A stretch of DNA of 64,000 bases from Gnetum montanum (lineage: Eukaryota > Plantae > Gnetophyta), in assembly GCA_015680685.1 (NCBI GenBank), contig MNCI01001539.1:642387-706386 (forward strand), given 5' to 3'. The notes beneath the pieces are model-generated. The model saw only the letters and a program-made list of their open reading frames with translations. It made no database searches and was not told the DNA's origin. Every line of letters starts with the position of its first letter. Positions within the stretch are counted from its first letter, which is position 1. The position numbers were made by a program, and so were the translations under genes. Of this stretch, positions 27,182-40,409 are shown piece after piece.

Positions 27182-29150
27182 TGTTGCACCTAGAAAATTT
27201 GATCACTGGAAAAATCAAAAATCCCAATTGTGGAAATAGTTTTGACCTTGAATTCTAAGGGCCTCCAAGAAAGAGGATCCAAGGTGGCCTGGACAGTCTA
27301 GCTGATCACCCCAAGACTTTAAGAATGTAAACGAAGGAAAATAAAATTATAGATTTGAATAAAAATAGACATAGAAATTAAAAATTGAAATGAATTTTGC
27401 ATAACAAATGAACTGTAAAATTTATTAAAATAGCAATATGCTTAAATTATAAAGTTCAAAGGAGTACAGATTGCATGCTCAAATGCACAAGAAGCTTTAT
27501 TGGATAAAGCTTGAAGCCTATTGGAGCTAGTAGGTTATGTTCTATAGTCAACCTCCATGCTCCAAATACTTCCCAACTCCAATCGATGAGAACTCCTTGC
27601 TAGTTTTCACTTGAATTTGCAACTTTGGTTACCAATGATGTAAATGATGGTGGTGTTTAACACTTTCTACAATAGTACTACACTAAGAGTGCTCAGTTGA
27701 ATACCAATATGATTCAAAAGCCTCACAAATGCAAAATGGATTCAAAATGCTTAATGGTGCAAAGGTTGTTAGGTTGCAAAAAATTTTAAAAGCTGATTAA
27801 TGTGTTCAACTTTGGCTTTTATAGGCTTTAAGATTGCTAATTTTAGGTTGAAAATTTTTGCCATGATTTCTAATAGGTTGGTGTTATTTGCAGGTGTAAC
27901 AGGCCATTATTCCCAATGTAGATGTCCATTTGTGAGAAACTTTGACATCCTAGGATCATCAAAACCAAAATGAATACTAAATATAGTAAATGGACTTTTG
28001 GTACTATGCTAGCCTTGGAGAGCTATGCTGGCATTATTGAAATCTACTGAGAAATCTAGTGATTAAGTTGGCCATGTTAAGACTATTGGAAATCTATGAT
28101 GAATACACTATCCATGCTACAAATTCTAAAAATTATGATGACTATGGTAGCCCTTGTTAGAAAAATGGAAAATCCAACAACTCTAATGCTCAATGTGTGT
28201 AGCTCCAGCATAGTAAAGATGATGACCATCATAAAACCCATGAAAATGCCAAATTTGGTAGTTTGCAAGGCATTTTTAGCCTTCTCAACCTAAAATATAG
28301 ACATGACATTACCTTTCCCACTTGGGAAGTGAGGCAATAGTAGCTTATGAGGCATTTTTTAGTCCCAAAAAGTTAAAGTATGTAATATTGCAACTCATGG
28401 GCCACCAATCTTACAATTACAATAAAATATTACCTTAAATTAGATGGTGAAGGTAAAAAGTTATACTATGAATTTTCATGGTGGTGTTTCATTGATCCCT
28501 CTTTGTTGATGTTTGGAGGATTGACCTGAGAGACATTGACAACGAATACAAAATACCACTACAGGCCCATCACCAATGTTTCCTCATTGCCCCTAATCCT
28601 ATAGTGTCAAACCATGTTAAAGGGTCCTCATGATAATGGGATAAGGTTATGATGAGATGATATAGGATAAATGTCATATTTGGATACAAGGAAATGGTCA
28701 TGAGGATTAATAATGAGTTTCATATGTTGACATCATGGCTACAATTATGGCAATGACATGTTGAATGGTCAATACAGTCTTTGTGTTTTGTTCTTCAAAG
28801 TTTTGGTTACTTGGTAATGTTCTTGAGGAGCTAACACTTTTCTCCAAGGTTTCTTTGGCCATTAGGTTTTTCCCTTTACATGTTTGGAGTAGTTGGTTTG
28901 TATTTTTGGGCTTCATTAGCCTTTCAACTTCTTGGCAATTTGCTTCTCCATTTTTTTGGGGAGTAAAACGTTCCTTGGATTTCATTTCCAAGTTTAGGTT
29001 TTGGTTTTGTTTTCCCTTTGAATGAGGCATGCTACATTCACTAAACTTGATGGATCATGATGAAGGAGATGTCAAATGGCCATAATGCATAAGTTTCAAG
29101 CATAAGTCAACATTATTGTTTAGTGTAAGGAAGGTTATAATTAGGCTACA
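27182..29150. repeat. LTR copy B
   Basis: TGTTGCACC...GGCTACA with intact TG..CA ends; reverse-complement homolog of A1 and A2. Confidence 0.88.
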
Positions 29151-29153
29151 AGA

Positions 29154-29170
29154 TGGTGGCTCGAAGGGGA
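29154..29170 (+). promoter_or_regulatory. PBS-like site, closest to the Ogre-type tRNA-Arg PBS TGGCGACTCCACTGGGGA
   Basis: GGCTACA-aga-TGGTGGCTCGAAGGGGA: TGG 3 nt after the LTR CA, about 13/18 match. Confidence 0.6.
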
Positions 29171-29536
29171 AATAACAAGAGTAAAGTAGCATAAGAACTC
29201 TTGGCATAACAAGAAAAGCTAACCAAATCTTACACATTAAGGTCATGTGGTAACTTTCTTCCATAATGAGTTACATCTTTGTGATGACTTCAGGCTTCCT
29301 CCTACAAGCACAACTCCAAGAGAATAAGAAAAAAAAGACATAAAAATACATTGTTACATGGTAATACATAAGGCCATGTGAAATAATTAGCAAACTAGGT
29401 CACCATAGATTCTTATTGTTACAAAATTTTACTATGTACTTGTTGTGCAAAAAGAGATAGAGAAAAAATGTTGGTTGACTTATTATTGGTCACTATGGTC
29501 ATGGATGTTGATGTTGGTACCTACAAAGAGAACATG

Positions 29537-32500
29537 TTAGATGTAATAAGGTTTTAGATAGGAATGCTTAACTAGATTTGCCAATGCATTCCAATCCATG
29601 TCTACCACTCTAAAGGCTCCATTACCATAGGCCTTGGTGATCAAGAAAGGTCCTTTCCTATTGGATAAGAATTCTTCTACATTTTCATAGATAGCCTTGA
29701 TGTACAAGCCTTCCTCCTTGATCTCTCATTTATTTAGGTCATGGTGATGTTGCTATTTCTACCTCTCTTGGTATCACTTAATTTAAGCAAGAATTCACAC
29801 CCATTGCTCTTCCACTAAGTCTATGTCCATAGTACATAGCTCCTTCTTCTATTCATCCTTGATGAAGTCCAATAGGACTACTCTTAATGATGAAACCTAT
29901 AATTCAAAAGATAAAAATAGCTTTAGAACCATAAACTAAGCTATATGGGGTTCAAAAGTTGTGGTTCAATAGGTTGTTTAATAGGCCCATAGGACATGGA
30001 TAAGCCACTCATGCCACTTGCTTTTGTTGTTGTTCAACATCTTTTTTAGCAAGTTTATAATAGCTTTATTGCAAGCTTCAACTTGTTCATTGGCTTGAGG
30101 GTAGTACAGTGATGAAAAAAACTTTCTAATTCCTAGGCCTTAACAAAAGGCTTTCATTTCTTGGTTGCTAAACTAGTCCATTATCCGTGACTATGATCAT
30201 AGGTATGCCAAAATAGGTCACTATGTTATTGAATATAAATCTACAAACTTGTTGAAACATTGTCTTTCTTAGGGGAATAAATTCAACCCACTTTGTAAAG
30301 TACTTGATTGTAGTGATAATAAAGTAATGCCTTGTAGATGATTTAGGTGTTATAGTTCCAATAATGTCCAACCTCCATTGTTAAAATGGCCAAGTTATCT
30401 AAGTAGTTTATAACTTAGTTGGTGGCATAGGTATCAGGTTGTTATGCCATTGAAAAATGTCACAAGTTTTAACCTTCTATAGGTAATCATTTTGCATATA
30501 AGGCTAATAGTAGCCTAGTCATCTAATCTTAGCAGCCATGGCTCTAGGTCCTATATTTCCTTCACATATATCCTCATGAACTTGATCAAGGATTGTGTAG
30601 GATTCAATTTTCCCCTAGGATACTAACAATACCCCATGATAGGACTATTGACATAATGTATTATTGCCTATGATGACATGATATTTTGATTCTTTATGTA
30701 TGACATCATTCTTAGAAGTGGTCAAGCCTTGTGGAGATTCACCATGCATTAGGTAATATTTGATATCATCATATCACTCCTTTTGAGGAGTGGTTTTGAC
30801 AGAGGCTATAGAATCACCTTTAGAGTTTTGCGTGTTGGGAATAGCACAATTGAAAATTAAGGTAGGTAACTTACTAAACACATTAGGCATCACACTTAGG
30901 GCTACGGTAGCAAGGACATCAGCTAGCATGTACTTAGTTCAGGGTACATGTGGGATACTAACGTCTATACATTGTTGCATCAATTTCTGTTGTAAGTCAC
31001 AATAAGATTGTCAATATTTGACTTTGTGCACATAAAACTCTTTTACTTGGTTAATCACAAGTTGTCAATCATCTTTAATCATTATGCATTGGATTCACTA
31101 GTCATGAGCTACCATCATTCCCCTAATAAATCCTTCATACTCTACAACATTATTGGTACATGGGAATTAAAAATAGTAAGCAAAGGGTTGGATTTTACCA
31201 AATAGGAATGTTATGATGGTAGCAACACTAGCCCCATGGGAAATTGAAGTTTCATTAAAGTGCATAATTTCCTCATAGCCATTAGGTATGTCACCAATGA
31301 TGTTAGCATGTTCCTTAGGGAATTTAGGGTCTATGATTACATGATATTCTACTAGTAAAACAATAAGTTGTGTAGCTATCACTTGGCCTTTCATTAATGC
31401 TTGAGAGATGTAATGGAGGAAAATTTTGGCTATTATGACTTTCCAATGGGAGATAATACTACTATCATAGATATTGGTTTTTATTACTCTAAGTACATTA
31501 TCCTTGCAAATGACGTTAACCTAGCTCCTAAACAGGTAGTGTCTCCACTTCTTCAATGAGAAGACTATGGCTTCACTTTGGTATATCAGGTCTCATGGGC
31601 TATCAATGTATGGCTTAGGTCATATACAAGTAACTTTTTCCCATCATACCATTTATGATAGAGTAGAGAGGAAATGGACATGTCAGAGATAGCAAGATAG
31701 ATGTAACAAGGTTTATCCTTTTGTGGGGAATATACCATGGGTAGTTGTGCCAACTCTTGCTTAAGATTTTCAATAGTGAAATCCTTTCTTAAGTAAGTGC
31801 TGCATAGGTTGTAACTTATTTGTAAGCCTAGTAATGAACCTATGGATAAATTGCAATCCTCCTTGTAGCTCCAAAATCTCTTTAAGGTTAGTTGATGCTA
31901 CCAAGGTGGATATGGGCTTAACCTTATCAAGATTGACACGTATTTCCACTTTGGATACTATAAAGCCAAGCATCTTACTAGTTTTGATCCCGAAGACATG
32001 CTTCTTAGGGTTAAGCCAAAGCTCATACTTGAGGCATATTCTAAGCACAAGATCAAGGTCATGCACATGATCACTGGTCACTTTGGACTTAATGGCTATA
32101 TCGTCTATGTAGTCATTAAAAAATCCTAGCATATAATCGCTAGAGATATACATCATCTATCTTTGGTAGGTTTCTCTTGCATTCTTTAGGTCAAAGAACA
32201 TCATGATGTAACACAATATGCCTCATGGTGTCATGAAGATTGTGTAGAGTTAGTGTTTTGGGTTAATCCTAACTTGGTTGTATCCCAAGAATCCATCCAT
32301 AAAGGATAATAAGGCATGTCCAACTATAGTATGGCTAAGTTGATCGATACTAGGCAAAGAAAAATCATCCTTAATGGTTGCCTTATTTAGATCTTAGAAA
32401 CCAATTTAGATATGTATACTCCCATTTTTCTTAAGGACTACCACTATGTTGGATACCCATTCCATGTATTCAACAACCCTAATGAAATCAACCTGATCTA

Positions 32501-32983
32501 ATTTTGTGATTTCATCACAAACTACCAGGGCTAAGTCTAGCCTAAACTTATAGTCTTTTTGCTTACCTGGTTTGATACTAGGGTTAAATATAATGTTATG
32601 TTGTACTAAGCATGGATCAAGATCTAGCATATCTTCATATGACTAGGAAAAGACCTTAATGTTATCTTGAAGGATCTTGGTGATATCTTAAGCCTATTGA
32701 GGTTCTAGTGAGGAACTTAGTTTTATTGTTTTCTCCTCACCACCATGTGTCATGAAAAGAACTTCAACTAGAGAGGTTTCAGTAATGTTACTAGCCTTAG
32801 TGTCAAAGTTTTTGACTAAGTTTTTAGGCCATTCTATAGGTTTCTCTATAGATGCTATGTGATCGAAAAGATCCTCAAGCTCAAGATCTAAACAATTAAG
32901 GTTATTATCCATTCAACATCGTCATGAGGTCCACTTAGGCTCAAAGGAAAACTTAGTTTCTTCTAGATGTCCATAATCTAATC
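29537..32983 (-). pseudogene. pol: Tat/Ogre pol copy B: RT, RNase H, aRH, integrase
   Basis: EWVSNIVVVLKKNGS; DYIDDIAIKSK; LNPKKHVFG; MKGQVIA..MHFNETS; DIIGTITPKSS..YFTKWVEFIPL..IVTDNG. Confidence 0.93.
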
Positions 32984-33929
32984 CTGCATATCAACCATAA
33001 GCACATTAAGTGGAACCTAGGTAACAAAATGAGTAAATACTACCATAATATTGTAAAATATTTTAGACATAATGCATGGATAAGCTAAAACATATTGCAT
33101 CTATAGCCAAGAAAGATTTAAAAAATTCCACTAAGGTTACAAGAGGTATGTGAAATAAATGGGTTGAAGTGAAGGCTAAATAAGGAAAAATGAAGGCCAA
33201 ATGATTGTACAATGGAGCCAATGAAGGCCAAATGATGATCACATTCCATTTAATGATGCTATTTAGGAGAAAAAAATGGTTAATAGAGGTAATATAAGGG
33301 AATTTAAGGTGGATAAGGTGCATAAAAGGCAAAAAAGCATGAAATGAGGCTAAACAAGGGTCAAATGATGGCCAACTACAATCAAGTGATGGTTAATCCT
33401 CATTTTATGGTATCAAACAAAGCCAAAACCTAGTCGACTAGGCTTACAAAAGAGAAGGTTAGCCAAATAAGATAAAAAAAAGGATAACTAGCATAGGATA
33501 AAGGCCAAATAAAGCCAAATGATGATTAGATGATGGTCAAAACCTATCAAATGACATACAAAAAGGTCAAACAAGGTGAAACAACATGGATAAACATCAA
33601 ATCACATTAGTGCAAAATGTTAGGAACATTTGATGGAATAGGACCAAATGATAAGAGAATGATAAAAAATGAAGCCAAATGACATCACAAGGCCTAACAA
33701 TGAAGGTTAATAATGAATAACAAGATCTAAACAAGTTGAAACATCATGGAGAAAAGCAAAATAAGTTAGAATGAAAAACATGTGGAAAATATGCTTAATA
33801 TTGATCAGTTATGGTTAAATTTTGCCAGTTTTAGGCCTTAGTAGGCCAATGTGGAGGTGTATAGGGTTGAGAGGTGATTTTGGACACATGGTGAGGTTTT
33901 TTTAAGGCAAAAATAAGACCTCTTCCTAT

Positions 33930-35700
33930 GACTATGCTAAGCCTAGCTTGGACTATGCTAGCCAATGTAGTCAATGTTAGCAGGCTATTTTATAGGTTTT
34001 TTATGGTTAATTTATGGATCTTGATGGTCTATATGGCTAGTGCAATGAATTGGATTGGGGATTGGTAAACCTTGACATCATTTTGACCCTCTAAAAGCTA
34101 TAAATAATGTCAAAATTGGTGACTATGCTAGGACTACGTTGGCCAGCGTAGTCCCAACATAGATGCATGGGAAGAAGATGTTTGTGGGGTATTAAGGTTG
34201 GAACTTATGCCTCATCAACTTCCTATGATAGTGTAGGGCCACTGGGGTTGTGAAGTAGTCATCCAAACATCAAAACAATGCATTAAAAGTGACTTTTAAT
34301 GGCATCTTCCATTGGACTACACTAGTTAGTGTAGTTGAGCCTGGCCTTAGTGTAAATGGAGGAAATCTAGCATTTTCAAGTTGAAATGAGTTGAAATTAT
34401 AGCTAGGTAAGATCAAACAAGGTTTTTGATTTTCAGGTTAAGTTTTGGATTATCTAAAGTGTTGCAGTACTAGTCAAACCAACCTAGAATCATGGCTACA
34501 CTGGGACTACACTGGCAAGTGTAGTCTAGGTCTACTTCAGCATAGTCCAAAATGAATCTCAAGTTTTGATGAAATTTTATGTTAATCAACTAGGTTCTTG
34601 GGTTCTTGGGTCATTGGTGTTTACAGCTATTGTTTAGACTTGAAATTATCAGTTCTAATGGTTGTAGTTGGATCCATACTCCATTATGGTTGAAATTATC
34701 AGTTCTAATGGAGTATGCTAGCTAGCATAGTCTAGCATAGTTGAGGACTGTATGATCATTTTTTGGGATTTTTGACTTGGTTCACAAGGTTTAGTGGTCT
34801 CTGAAGTCTTCTATAGTGTTTAGAAGTTTAGATGATGTACCAAGAAGTTGATTTGACTTGTTTATGTCTTACTTTAGAATTTCACAAAGGAATTATGTTG
34901 GAACTACATTGGCCAATGTAGTCCTACACTTTCCCAGCATATTTTAAAGGTTTATGTGTGTTCCAACTAATTTTTTTTCTAGTATTTACTAGTTCAGAGT
35001 TATCAAAGGTCATCGAATGGTGTGAAGGCCAAGATATGTTGATCAAAAGATCTTTTTTAGAATTTGGTGTTTAACCCTCACCCAACTACATTGGGACTAT
35101 GCTAGCCAACATAGTTGGGATCATCCCTAGTGTAGTGCCAAGATAGGAGTAGGTTTTATCTCATTTTTTCTTGGTTACTTTGCATTTTAGGCTTATGGGG
35201 GACTTTGGATAGGTGTGGAGTTTAGAGTATGTTATTCTAAATAGTACCTTTGGATTTTTCTATTCATCCCCTATCCAACTACACTAGGACTAGACTAGAT
35301 ACTGTAGTTGGATCCATCCCTAGCATAGTACTAAGGTTGGGGTAGGATTTCACTCGTTTTCAATTAGTTTTTTGAAATTTTATAGCCACCAAAGACTCTA
35401 AGAAGATGTAGTGATCATGAAATGTTAGCTCAAAGGTTACTTGAAATATTGAATGGTCATATTCCTCCCAGCTATGATAGGACTATGTTGGATAGCATAG
35501 TTGAGGTGTTCTCAATGTAGTCCATGTAAGATAGATGATTTTTGGTGTTTGTTGACTAGTCTTGTGAAGTTATGAAGCTATCAGAGGCTCTAGCTAACAT
35601 TTGGTGCATGGTGTGATCATTCTAGGGTTAATAAAAAGTGTGGTTAGTGGTGGAAGAAATCATCCCTCTTGGAACTATGTTATTGGCCAGTGTAGTTGCC
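33930..35700. repeat. Dispersed array of ~22-bp palindromes (inferred ancestor GACTACGCTGGCCAGCGTAGTC)
   Basis: Best copy GGACTACGTTGGCCAGCGTAGTCC at 34131-34154; others near 33951, 34316, 34504, 34901, 35094, 35482. Confidence 0.85.
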
Positions 35701-36362
35701 CAAAATAACTAGCTATGATGCAATTTTTGGCTTTCCTTGGTGTCTAGTATCCTCCCATGAAAACACCTAATAACCAATTTTGGACATAAGGCTTTTTGGA
35801 TTCAAAGATGAGATAGATGAGTAGGCAAGAGGTAGGTTTTTGTGGTAGTTGAGGTTTAGAATCCATCCCAAGGTTTTTAGAGGCTTAAACCCTAGCGTAA
35901 TTATCATGGAAAAACCTAAATCCAAGTGTGTTAGGATTTTTGTTTACTTGTTAAAGAGGCACCTAGTGGGGCCCACCCCAAATTTGAATTGTTAAAAAAA
36001 TTGATTTTCCACTAACCAAGCATAGTCCCACTTTCTAATTATGATCATCGAGTTATGTGGAACTTGTGTAAGTATTTTGGAAAACCAGGGTTTTGGTGGT
36101 TAACACATAAGTTTAGGAGAAATCTTTGCAATTTTGAAAAAATCAAACATCCAACACCAATTTCATCCTACAACACATAGCACCAAAGCTCTTATCCCAC
36201 TCTTGATTCAATTGCATTAATCCTCAACATAGTCTAGATGTTTTATGCTAAGAAGTAAGCAAACTTACAAGAGGATCTCTAAAGGCTTGAAGATCTTAGA
36301 GATTTTAGTGCTATTCATTTAAGATGTCAAAGAGGAGAGCTTAAAATAGAAATAATCCAACC

Positions 36363-39362
36363 ATGGAAGAGACTAACATGGCTATTATAGCCCTTGCTAG
36401 GAGAAGGATCTTCCACCATGGCTCCCAAATACATAATCCCTAGCCATTTCCTAAGAAATTTTGTTAGAATCCTATAAGTATTTACTTGTGTAGGCTTTTT
36501 CATTAAGTGAAATTGAATTCTATAAAATTCCTACATTAGATCTAGGCCATGGCAATGAGGTTTTTGTGTTGCTTTGGTTTTGTGATTAGTCTATGCCAAG
36601 TTATAAATTTTATTCCAGTTTATTTTATGCATTTTTTATAATTTCTCACCAAAAAACAATGGCAATTTTGTATTTTTTTTGCATCAAAATAGCTTTAAAT
36701 TTCTAGTGTTTATGGTCATTGGATTTTTTTCTCCTATTTTCTAGTCAAAATTGTTTTTGAACCTCTAAATTCTAACTTATGATTGATTTTTTGATTTTTT
36801 GGAAGCCAGTTCACAGGGTGTTTTTTTCAATTTCTATTATTTTTTCATGTCAATTTCCCAATTTTTTGTGTAAAATTGGCTAAGGATTTTTGGATTTTTA
36901 AGTTTTGAATTTTTACTTTGTTATTTATCCATTCAAATGGCTATGGAATTATTGAATTCTGATCTATGATTAATTTTCTTTGAATTTTTTTTTGTGGACT
37001 AGTGCACAATGAGATTTTTGGTTTTTATGGCATTACCCTTATGAAAATGGGCAACATTGACACTTGGAAGAATTTTTTCAATCAATGCCCTAGGTTCGTA
37101 AGGATTCTTGCATGTGTTAGGAAGGGTTTGGTATTGATTTTTTAAATTTTAAAAAAATTTCCATATTTTTTATTAATGATTCACTATAGTCATTTTCTAT
37201 AGTTTTTAGGTTTTGTGCAGTTTTCTGTTAAATTTTGTTATGGTTTTGGGTTGTTATGAAAATTTTTTTCTAAGCTTGGGAATGTAGTTTAGATGTTGGA
37301 TTTTGTTGATTTTTATGTGTACATAGTCCCTAGACTTAGAAGAAATTCTTTTAGTTCTAATTTATCATTTACAAAATGCCTTGTACAATTGTAGTGTTGA
37401 CTATCAAAACTACAAACCTCCCTAGTTGTATAGGCCGCATTGACGTGGTTTTTGAATTTTAATGGATATGTTCAAAGGTTCCTAAGATTATTTATATGTT
37501 TTATTTTTTTTCAATAGTCACTTAAATTTTTTTAAATTTTTGGCTAGCTCCCATAGAGTTCTTAGTACAGTTAGTTTCATTGTTAACTAGGATTTCTGGT
37601 AAAAATTTTGCACAATTCAAGTTGAGATTTTATGACTTTTGTAGTGAGTACAAGCTAGTTCTCATGGGTTTAATGTTTCTACATAAAATTTTAATAATTT
37701 TTTATACCTATTTTACCATGAAACTGCTATCAATTGTTAGTTGACTACTTGGTTCTTTTTGGTTTTTTATGTGCAAATTGGTCATAATCTTTGATATCAC
37801 CTTTTCTTTAGTTCTAAGTGTTGAAAATTATGAAAGTTGTTATTTAATTAAGAGAAAATGTTGACATTAAGATTGTAATAATTTCTTTGTCTAATAGTTG
37901 TTCATTTTTTGGTCATTTATGGTTTTAATAGTTGTTTTTGTTGTGTGTGAGCCCTTTCTAAAACTAATCATGGTGGTCATTGAGTTGGTGGGGCTCCTCT
38001 ACTACATCCACACACCAAGGCACAACACCTCACCTATAGACATGGTCTTGGAGCATGGATCTTTGTGGTTTTATCTAGGAGCAAAGGAATTCTTGGCTTA
38101 CCTACTCTAAAACTTCACTATGATGGTGTGGTCACACTTGGCTTTAGAAACAACATCAATAATCATGGAGACCTTACTACCCCACTTTGTATGTATGATC
38201 ATCAAGTTCATAGTTGGAAATTTCTAAACTCACATTGAGGATGAAGAATTTGAAGGCATATATACCAAAGAAATACAAAATTGTCCAAAATCTAGGATAT
38301 GTTTGCATTGATATAATATAATGCAAACAACATACTACTGGTTGGCCATCATGCCAATAGGTTGTTTCAAAACTCCCCTTGTACTATCTATAGTTTGGAA
38401 GGATAAGTGTAAAGTTAATTTTTTTTTGTTTTTTCTTTTAGCTTTCTCAAGCTATTTTGGCTTAATGATTTGTTTTATTTTGGATGACATGCTTGCAGGT
38501 ATAGGATGGATGACCATGGATTAATCAAAAGTGACTACCTCTTGTAGCTCAAACAGTGCTAGGAGTATTTACCAAAGGCCAAGCGGTGAGGCTTACTATA
38601 ATGGATCAACTCAAGTATGACTTTGGTAGGTACATCACACACTATGCCAAAACCCACCATAGGTGTTGGGCAAATGGGATAGCCCATATTTGGTGGGGAA
38701 TCCCTAATTTCAATGTAGAGACATGTAACCCCTAAGTGTTCTCACACTACTTTCATCAAGCAAGAAAGTTAATGATTTCTATTTTATATTGTTTTTTATA
38801 TTTTATTTTATTTTTATGCTATGTTAATTTTTTCATGACTACATAGTTGTAGGTTATTTGGGCTTTAATTATTTAAACGGTTTTATTGGCATGCTCGTAA
38901 ACTTGGATTTAATTGGATAAACATGTTATTTTTTGGTTTTATGTGACATGCCTATGCTTAAACTAATTGGCCTTTTGTGGTGTTGTAGGGGCTACCTCCT
39001 CCTCTACCATCACCTTGATTACTTCAGGATTCTTCGAGAAGACTCTTATCATCAAGTATGGTAAGGTGGATTTGATGCAATAATGGTTGCCTAGTTAAGA
39101 GACTAGAAACATCCAAGAGAACATCACTGATGCATGTTTGATTGATCATTTCATGGCCCCTATCCTAATCATCCCTACCTCAAAGATGGTAAACATCATT
39201 AACTCCTTTAATAAAGGAGCTAATAAGTTCATCACCCTCATTCATGATCTTCCTACAACCCTAGTCATCATTGAATCCATCTTTAATGACCTCTTTGGCA
39301 TCCCTCATGAGGCCTTGAAGGTTGTTACCAAAGTAAGAAAAGAGAAGGTCCACCAAGAGTGA
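36363..39362 (+). pseudogene. Decayed multi-exon gene of unknown function inside the retroelement spacer
   Basis: Codon-like blocks (36363-36477, ~37960-38295, 38499-38760, 38989-39362) alternate with very T-rich tracts; acceptors TGCAG|G at 38498 and TGTAG|G at 38988 have upstream CT(T)AAT branch-like motifs. Confidence 0.45.
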
Positions 39363-39394
39363 AAAACCACCAAATTTGGGCCACAACTTCTCAA

Positions 39395-39980
39395 TTGCAA
39401 ATTTTTCTAAGTGTTGGGACTATGCTTTCCACTACACCAAAGCATAGTCAGCTCAATAGAGAGCGTAGTAAACACCAAAGGCCAATTTTGCAGATTTTTC
39501 TAAATATCAAGCTAGTAGCTATAGATTTCTCTAAGTGTTGAGACTACGCTCTCCACTACCCTGGAGCATAGTGAAGTGTACATGACATGGAAGAAATAGT
39601 TTGGCAAATTTCTAAGTGCTAGAACTATGCTCCACACTAGACCAAAGCATAGTCAAGCATAATTGGCACAAAAGTAATTTTTGCAAATTTTTTCTAAGTT
39701 TTGAGACTACACTCTCCACTATCTTGGAGTGTTGTCAAGCATAGTTAGCATTAGGACTTAGTTTTCACAGATTTTTCTAAGTGTTATGACTACACTCTCC
39801 ACCAGTCTCGAGTGTACTCACCATGGAACATCATTTTCTGCAAAAATTTACCTAATTGTTTGACTACGCTCTTCCCTAGTCTAGAGCATGGTTAGCATGG
39901 AACATCATTTTCTACAAAAATTTTTCTAAGTGTTTGACTATGCTCTCCCCCAATGCAGAGCATAGTCGAGCGTAGTAAAC
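39395..39980 (+). repeat. Tandem array of about seven units of mostly 75-85 bp, each carrying an ACTAYRCT..AGYRTAGT hairpin
   Basis: The anchor CTAAGTGTT..GACTA recurs near 39407, 39531, 39612, 39694, 39777, 39852 and 39926. Confidence 0.88.
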
Positions 39981-40409
39981 CAAAACAGCCTCCAAGGTCC
40001 TCCACAATGCAGCACCAGCACTTAGCTCAACTCCAACACATCTCTAGCAAGCATAGTTGTGTTTCTTGCATCCTCCTTTTCCCCAAAATTGTAACTATGT
40101 TCTATCCCACTCCAGACAGCAGAGAGTATAGACTTGGAGTGTAGTCTTCAAAGCTACATTTTTTCATATTTTCTCAGGTACATTATAATCTTTTCAGCAC
40201 ACGAACATATAGTTGGCAGCATAGTCACAATCTTGCAGCCTCATAGAGTCCATTAGAGCATAACACAACGTAACACCACTTGCCTTAGTAGAGAGCTAGT
40301 TGGGTGACAACATAATCCCAATCATCCCACTACCATGTGGTAGTCTCTCCATGTTTCATGACAACCCTAACCCTATAAATACTTCCATCATCTACGTTTT
40401 ATTAGTTGG

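Noticed and set aside
39395-39980. CRISPR-like repeat/spacer look with palindromic repeats
   Set aside because: The context is a eukaryotic retroelement, the repeats are degenerate, the spacers are related to each other, and there are no cas genes.
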